Positions 27,901-36,613 of a stretch of 38,417 bases of DNA are shown one piece after another. The stretch spans positions 1 through 38,417 of the forward strand of contig JAQGDQ010001491.1 of the NCBI GenBank assembly GCA_030141605.1, read 5' to 3'. Each line of letters opens with the position of its first letter. Position 1 is the stretch's first letter. Made by a program: the position numbers and the translations under genes. The DNA is from Tubiluchus corallicola. Lineage: Eukaryota; Animalia; Priapulida. The notes beneath the pieces were generated by a model that saw only the letters and a list, made by a program, of their open reading frames with translations, searched no databases and had not been told where the DNA came from.

Positions 27901-30900
27901 TTTTTTTTAGTCTGCACTGGACGCATTTGTCTTGAACAGTGTTGTTATCTTAACATTACGCTGAGGATTACTCAATTGTAATGAATGAACAATTTCAAAG
28001 ACAAATAAAGAGTTAATATAAAAAATATAAGTTCAATTTTTGTTTACTTTGTGCAGATCATGACTTTGCTGTGTTGACTGATACTGATGAATGCAAGTGC
28101 ACAAGCTACTTGGGGGCTCAACAGCAATACGACACGAAATACTGTGCAAAGTGTATTGGTGCCTGGACTGGAAGAAATAATTACCTCGGTTTATGTGGAA
28201 GACATGCTTACGTTAGCATATATAGGTCATATGCGGGTATTCATATTTGTTTACGTTTTTTTTAGTTATAAAAAATAGAACCATGTAACTGAAGGTAGTA
28301 GTTGTATTGTAAAACTAAAGAGCTTTTGTTTATTCTTTTACTTTTATAGGTTTTACACGTCAAATGTAGACCTACCTTAAGTCAAATGTATGATTTAGGT
28401 AATTCAAATGTGTCTTGGTAACTCAAATATAGACTTAGGTAATTCAAATGTGTCTTGGTAACTCAAATGTAGACTTAGGTAGTTCAAATGTGTTTAACAA
28501 TGGTTTTCAACAAATCTTAAATGCTTTTGGTAAATCAAATGTAGACAGATGTCAAGCCAAATGTCCTGTGTCTACATTTGACTTACCTAAGTCACATTTG
28601 AGTTACCAAAACACATTCGAAATTCCTATGTCTACATTTGACTTACCTAAGTCACATTTGAACTTTCCTGTGTCTACATTTGACGTGTAAAACCTGTACT
28701 TTTGAATGCTTTGGCTGCCCGTTTCACTGTGATAACATGGCCATGGAAGGAGCAGATAACATTTTAGTTTTTGCCAAATCTATTTTATGTTTCAACTGGC
28801 AGCATTGTGTGCTACTATATGACCCGTGGAGCAATTAAATATATTTTTGGAATTGTGGAAGTTGGAATTGTACATTTTAATTAGGTGCTGCCACCTATGA
28901 ACTAATCCTGTTACTCTACCAGTTATTTACCCCCAGTATAATTGTATAGTCCAGTGAATGCATATTCACTGGTTCTCTCCCTATTTTAAGGTTGTTGTGA
29001 AGCCTTTGCAACTCTGCATAGGTCACCTATACCTATATATACTGCCTGATTTACTCTCTAGTCACTGTCTAACTCTCAGTGTTCAGTGCAGGACACTCTC
29101 ACCCTCAGTGTTCAGTGCAGGACACTCTCACTCTCAGTGTTCAGTGCAGGAGACTCTCATTCTCAGTGTTCAGTGCAGGTCACTCTCATTCTCAGTGTTC
29201 AGTGCAGGAGACTCTCATTCTCAGTGTTCAGTGCAGGTCACTCTCATTCTCAGTGTTCAGTGCAGGAGACTCTCATTCTCAGTGTTCAGTGCAGGAGACT
29301 CTCATTCTCAGTGTTCAGTGCAGGTCACTCTCATTCTCAGTGTTCAGTGCAGGAGACTCTCATTCTCAGTGTTCAGTGCAGGTCACTCTCATTCTCAGTG
29401 TTCAGTGCAGGAGACTCTCATTCTCAGTGTTCAGTGCAGGAGACTCTCATTCTCAGTGTTCAGTGCAGCAGTCATTTTACTTGTTTGTCTGTAGTCAATA
29501 AACACTTTTCTGTGCAAATATGTAGTATAGTTTTCATTCTTGTTCTACAAAGTGAGTGATCTACAACTCCAAACATGACTTTCACAGGAATGTTTGTGAA
29601 AACAATTGTTTTAAAACGCATTCTAATTCCACTGGCATACTCTCCACGACAATTCAATCATTTCAAATCATACGTCACATCAGAAATTTCTTTGGTGGCA
29701 AGCTAAATTTTCGTGAATTACGGCTAAACTGCTCGTCCTTTGAGAACTACCGTTCATGATCATTGCAAACATTTATACGAACGATTGCCAGACCTCTATA
29801 AAGAGACAAAAATTACCATAAAAGGAAATTTCTCGATTTTTTTTGTGACCTGCTACAATGCAAATCATTTCATTTTGTCTTGTGATGCACTTTTATTATT
29901 TTAAATTTGTTGTTTTTAAATTTCAAATTCTGGTCTTCTATTTTGGTTATTGATTAGAATTGTGTAACCTAATTAAAGAAGAACTGCATTTCCAAAAATC
30001 ATGTTTTGCTGGTCTTATGCTGTTTTGTTCAGTAAATGAAGCGTTTTTCGTGGGTACCGGCAGATTTTTCTCAAGTAGTTAAGTTATTTCCCCTACTTGA
30101 ACAAAACAGCTTCAAATAGCTAATGAAATACCCAACATATTTTTCGATATGCAGGACATGAAGTTTTTGCGTGCTAATAATATTTGTAAAAAAACCTAAG
30201 CCAGAACAATAGGTTGCCGTGGTGTTTGCAACCCACAGCTGCTATATTCATTATCCTGTTGTAGCTTCTAAGATTACTCTGCTGGAATGGCCGGTGCTAA
30301 AGTTGGCGTTGCTATGGTGACTGAGCGTTTTTTTGCCTGCCATCTACAGGCGAGTTAAAGAAACAATGCAAGTGTGCAATTGCGTTACTTGCAGTCAGTC
30401 GTGTGGTTCTCTGGTCTTTAGATTATGAAATCAATTCACACATCTTTTAATTTATTTAGTATGGAAACGAGCTTTCAGTGATCACGAATACAGAGGTTGT
30501 TGGAAGTTTTCGTCAACTACGAATTTTTCACTGTCCTTCCAAAGTAATTCTGCTTACAAGTGTTTGTCTCGATGTCGAAAATATGAACACCAAGCTCCAT
30601 TCGCCTTGATTGGAAAATTAAACGATGTATACACCTGTCATTGTGATAAGAACACGGGTACAGGAAGAGCGATTTCCGCTTCCGATGCTTCCTGTCCAAA
30701 ATGTCCTACAAAAAATGACAGTTTCTGTGGAGACCAGGATAACATTTATGCAGTGTATGACACAGGAGGTAAGATAAAATTTATTTCTATGTCAATATTA
30801 TTCTGTAGTCTGCTATGGTTTTCACTTTGCAATGTGGTTTAGAAAATTGCAAAATGGTTGCTTACATTAAAGCACATAAACAAAGATATTTATTTAAAAA

Positions 30901-33900
30901 AAATTAGCATTTTTGAGTTCTCAGTCAGGACTTGAAATCTAAAGCTGTATACTTCCTGGTAAAATGATTATGATAGAAATAGTCACAATTTGAAAGAAAA
31001 GTTTTTGTATAATTATTAATTAATTAATTATTAATTAAATAAATAACCATAGACGTTTGCTAATTAGTTTTTTCCTTACATTTTAGATCCTTAATCGTTT
31101 TCAGACTTTACTTTCTTGCATGAATTGCCTGCACTATGGTTTGGTTGGTTGTTGAATACTTTTTCTTTTAGTGTCACGTGACTATCAAGGATGTTTTGCT
31201 AATTATATGCCAGACACATACTTCCCTGTTACTGAATCACTCCCACAAGAATCCACTGCTTTGGATAAAGACTGTGCATCAATATGCAGAGCTAAAGGTT
31301 ATTTGTTTGGCAGTGTCCATTATTTGCAGACTCGTGAATACTCGTGTAAATGTGGCAATGGATTTCCGTACACAAAGTTCTCGTTGAATTGTGCAAGTTG
31401 TACAAGTACGGTTACTGGTGCTTGCCCTGGGAAAAATGCAGCCATCGTTTACTCGACTACAAGTGAGTGTTCATTGAAATTAGCAACCTAACTCGATCTT
31501 TATTAATTTGACACTTGATAAAATTTAAAGAAGATTTTGTTTCTTAAATAAGTAAAAAAAATCTTCAAATTAGTATAACAATTTTTGATCACGAATTGTG
31601 AAAGTCATGTTTAAAGTTGTAGATCACTCACTTTGTTTGATTGAGTTTAAGCACAGAAGTATGAACAAGAACAAAAATCTACAATACATAGTTGCACTGC
31701 ATAAACAGAAAAGTGTTTATTAAACTAAAGACACATGAGTAGCATGACTGCTGCACTGAACACTGAGAATGAGAGTGTCTTGCACTGAACACTGAGAGTG
31801 AGAGTGAGAGAGAGTGAGAGATTCCTGCACTGAACACTGAGAGTGAGAGTCTCCTGCACTGAACACTGAGAGTGAGAGTGTCCTGCACTGAACACTGAGA
31901 GTGAGAGTGTCCTGCACTGAACACTGAGAGTGAGAGTCTCCTGCACTGAACACTGAGAGTGAGAGTCTCCTGCACTGAACACTGAGAGTGAGAGTCTCCT
32001 GCACTGAACACTGAGAGTGAGAGTGTCCTGCACTGATCACTGAGAGTGAGAGTGTCCTGCACTGAACACTGAGAGTGAGAGTCTCCTGCACTGAACACTG
32101 AGAGTGAGAGTGTCCTGCACTGATCACTGAGAGTGAGAGTCTCCTGCACTGAACACTGAGAGTGAGAGTGTCCTGCACTGAACACTGAGAGTGAGAGTGT
32201 CCTGCACTGAACACTGAGAGTGAGAGTCTCCTGCACTGAACACTGAGAGTTAGAGTGTGAGTCACTAGAAAGCAAAGCCAGTCAGTATATATAGATGACC
32301 TATGCAGACTTGCACAGGCTTCACAACAACCATTACTTTAAAATAGGGAGAGAACCAGTGAATATGCATTCAGTGGTCTATACAATTATACTTGAGGTAA
32401 GTCAGCTGGTAGAATGTAACAGAAGTAGCCCATAGATGGCAGCACCTAATTATAATGTACAATTCCAAGTTCTACACGAATAATACTATTTGTCTTGCCT
32501 CTGCCTGGAAATGGTATTTCATGAAATATATTCATTGTTGTTTTCTCCGTGTCGCGTACCGTTTGCACACATTATTTCGTTTTTTTAGATTATGCAATCG
32601 AATCAGATATCTTGGGTTGTTGGGAAGATAGGGATCCTGATGCAGCACAACCTCATAAAGGAGAGAGAGACATGGCTTACGTGGCTAAATTTCGAAAATT
32701 GACACCAAGAGGATGCAGGTTGCATTGTTGGAAAAAAGGATATGCATTTGCCGGCTTACAGCGTGGAACAGAGTGTCACTGTGGCAATTCGTATGGAAAA
32801 TACTCGTCTGCCAGGAACCCTTGTAACATTAAATGTGACAGTAGTAAAAATGAACAGTGTAATTTACATGAGAAATCCTGCTCAATGTGTGGTGGTGAAT
32901 GGGCATTACTTGTTTACCCTACAGATGGTGAGTTGGCATTCGTCAAATGGAATACAATACAGGTCATGTCATCTTTTCATACTTGATACCAAAGAGTATT
33001 AGAAAAACTTAGCCCCTGTCTGCAAAGTCGTTGACGAAAGAAATTAACTTGAGTAATAACGGAAATTCAATCTTATGGCCCGTTCACACATAGAAATTCG
33101 CTCGAAAGATGTTGCACAAGATGTTCACTCTCAGAGAGTGAAGTTGCACGTGTGAATGGCTTCACAACTTCGCTCGCAACTTGAAGCAAGTTGTTTGAGA
33201 TGTTGTTGCAAGAGAAGCCACACATTCAACTTTACTCTCTCAGAGGAAAGTTGCACAACAAGTTGCGACAGAAGTTACCAAACTGTTCACAAGTTAAAAC
33301 TTTACTCTTAGAGGAAAGTTGCACAACAAGTTGCGAAAGAAGTTACCAAACTGTTCACAAATTAAAACTTTACTCTTAGAGTGAAATTGCACAAAAAGTT
33401 GCAAAAGAAGTTACCAAACTGTTCACAAATTAAAACTTTACTCTAAGAGGGAAGTTGCACAACAAGTTGCGACAGAAGTTACCAAACTGTTCACAAGTTA
33501 AAACTTTACTCTTAGAGGAAAGTTGCACAACAAGTTGCGAAAGAAGTTACCAAACTGTTCACAAATTAAAACTTTACTCTTAGAGGAAAGTTGCACAACA
33601 AGTTGCGAAAGAAGTTACCAAACTGTTCACAAATTAAAACTTTACTCTTAGAGTGAAATTGCACAACAAGTTGCGAAAGAAGTTACCAAACTGTTCACAA
33701 GTTAAAACTTTACTCTCAGAGGAAAGTTGCACAACAAGTTGCGAAAGAAGTTACCAAACTGTTCACAAATTAAAACTTTACTCTTAGAGTGAAATTGCAC
33801 AACAAGTTGCAAAAGAAATTACCAAACAGTTCACAAGTTAAAACTTTACGCTCAGAGGAAAGTTGCACAACAAGTTGCGAAAGAAGTTACCAAACTGTTC

Positions 33901-36580
33901 ACAAATTAAAACTTTACTCTAAGAGGGAAGTTGCACAACAAGTTGCGACAGAAGTTACCAAACTGTTCACAAGTTAAAACTTTACTCTTAGAGGAAAGTT
34001 GCACAACAAGTTGCGAAAGAAGTTACCAAACTGTTCACAAATTAAAACTTTACTCTTAGAGTGAAGTTGCACAACAAGTTGCGAAAGAAATTACCAAACT
34101 GTTCACAAGTTAAAACTTTACTCTCAGAGGAAAGTTGCACAACAAGTTGCGAAACAAGTTACCAAACTGTTCACAAGTTAAAAATTTACTCTTAGAGAGA
34201 AGTTGCAGAAGAAGTTGCAAAAGAAGTTACCAAACTGTTCACAAATTAAAACTTTACTCTTAGAGCGAAGTTGCACAACAAGTTTCGAAAGAAGTTACCA
34301 AACTGTTCACAAATTAAAACTTTACTCTTAGAGTGAAGTTGCACAACAAGTTGCGAAAGAAGTTACCAAACTGTTCACAAATTAAAACTTTACTCTTAGA
34401 GGGAAGTTGCACAACAAGTTTCGAAAGAAGTTACCAAACTGTTCACAAATTAAAACTTTACTCTTAGAGAGAAGTTGTACAACAAGTTGCGACAGAAGTT
34501 ACCAAACTGTTCACAAATTAAAACTTTACTCTTAGAGAGAAGTTGTACAACAAGTTGTGACAGAAGTTACCAAACTGTTCAAAAAATAAAATTTTACTCT
34601 TAGAGGGAAGTTGCACAACAAGTTGCGAAAGAAGTTACCAAACTGTTCATAAATTAAAACTTTACTCTTAGAGGAAAGTTGCACAGCAAGTTGCGACAGA
34701 AGTTACCAAACTGTTTACAAATTAAAACTTTACTCTTAGAGAGAAGTTGCACAACAAGTTGCGAGTGAGGTCTCTACACCTGAACATGCCATTAGTTTTC
34801 GTGTTCAGGAAACTAAACATGAAGTTGTAACACTACTGTTCAAGAGCTAGAAGCCATTGCTTATATTCTGAGAACATAGAAATTGCTGCTTGCATGTGGA
34901 ACAGTTTGTTCTTAGGAAAGTATCCCACTGATAGAATTCTCAGCAGCAGGATTTTTTTAGTGATGCAATTTTACGGACACACAGCAACTCGTTTAGAGAA
35001 TCTAGAACCTCTTTTCTGAAGACAGTGCTATTGTTATACACAGCATTATTTATAGGTCTTGTTAGGACTTCTATATTTCGAAGTTATATCGCTGATAACA
35101 ACTCAAGTTTCATGAAAATGACTACATGTCTACTAAACTAAAATATTTTGTAGTGTTTTACTATTGTACATTTATGTCAAAGTTTATGTTTTGTTACGTA
35201 AAAATATTTATAAATATATTTTATTTGTCATCTAGATTTCTTAAAAATCCACTTATACAACCTTGTCATCTAGATGTCTTAAAAAGCCAGTTATACAACC
35301 TTGTCATCTAGATTTCTTAAAAAGCCAGTTATACAACCTTGTCATCTAGATGTCTTAAAAAGCCAGTTATACAACCTTGTCATCTAGATGTCTTAAAAAG
35401 CCAGTTATACAACCTTGTCATCTAGATGTCTTAAAAATCCAGTTATACAACCTTGTCATCTAGATGTCTTAAAAAGCCAGTTATACAACATTGTCATCTA
35501 GATGTCTTAAAAATCCAGTTATACAACCTTGTCATCTAGATGTCTTAAAAATCCAGTTATACAACCTTGTCATCTAGATGTTTTAAAAAGCCAGTTATAC
35601 AACCTTGTCTGTTTGTTTTGGTTTTTTTTGTGTTTTCTAGATTTCTTAAAAAGCCAGTTATACAACCTTGTCATCTAGATGTCTTAAAAAGCCAGTTATA
35701 CAGCCTTATCATCTAGATGTCTTAAAAAGCCAGTTATACAACCTTGTCATCTAGATGTCTTAAAAAGCCAGTTATACAGCCTTATCATCTAGATGTCTTA
35801 AAAAGCCTGTTATACAACCTCGTCTTCTAGATTTCTTAAAAAGCCAGTTATACAACCTTGTCATCTAGATGTCTTAAAAAGCCAGTTATACAGCCTTATC
35901 ATCTAGATGTCTTAAAAAGCCAGTTATACAACCTTGTCATCTAGATGTCTTAAAAAGCCAGTTATACAGCCTTATCATCTAGATGTCTTAAAAAGCCTGT
36001 TATACAACCTTGTCATCTAGATTTCTTAAAAAGCCAGTTATACAACCTTGTCATCTAGATTTCTTAAAAAGCCAGTTATACAACCTTGTCATCTAGATGT
36101 CTTAAAAAGCCAGTTATACAACCTTGTCATCTAGATTTCTTAAAAAGCCAGTTATACAACCTTGTCATCTAGATGTCTTAATAAGCCAGTTATACAACCT
36201 TGTCATCTAGATGTCTTAAAAATCCAGTTATACAACCTTGTCATCTAGATGTCTTAAAAACCCAGTTATGCAACCTTGTCATCTAGATGTCTTAAAAAGC
36301 CAGTTATACAACCTTATCATCTAGATGTCTTAAAAAGCCAGTTATACAACCTTATCATCTAGATGTCTTAAAAAGCCAGTTATACAACCTTATCATCTAG
36401 ATGTCTTAAAAAGCCAGTTATACAACCTTGTCATCTAGATGTCTTAAAAAGCCAGTTATACAACCTTGTCATCTAGATGTCTTAAAAAGCCAGTTATACA
36501 ACCTTGTCATCTAGATGTCTTAAAAAGCCAGTTATACAACCTTGTCATCTAGATGTCTTAAAAAGCCAGTTATACAATCT

Positions 36581-36613
<33 letters not shown>

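Noticed and set aside
28958-32275. 100-198 aa repetitive ORFs (SVQCRRLS...) on both strands
   Set aside because: Stop-free readings of the 29-bp minisatellite, open in several frames; no splice-site or family support.
35225-36581. CRISPR array (38-bp repeat with palindromic core)
   Set aside because: Units are head-to-tail with no unique spacers, there are no cas genes, and the context is a eukaryotic intron. The same applies to the 29-, 68- and 82-bp arrays.
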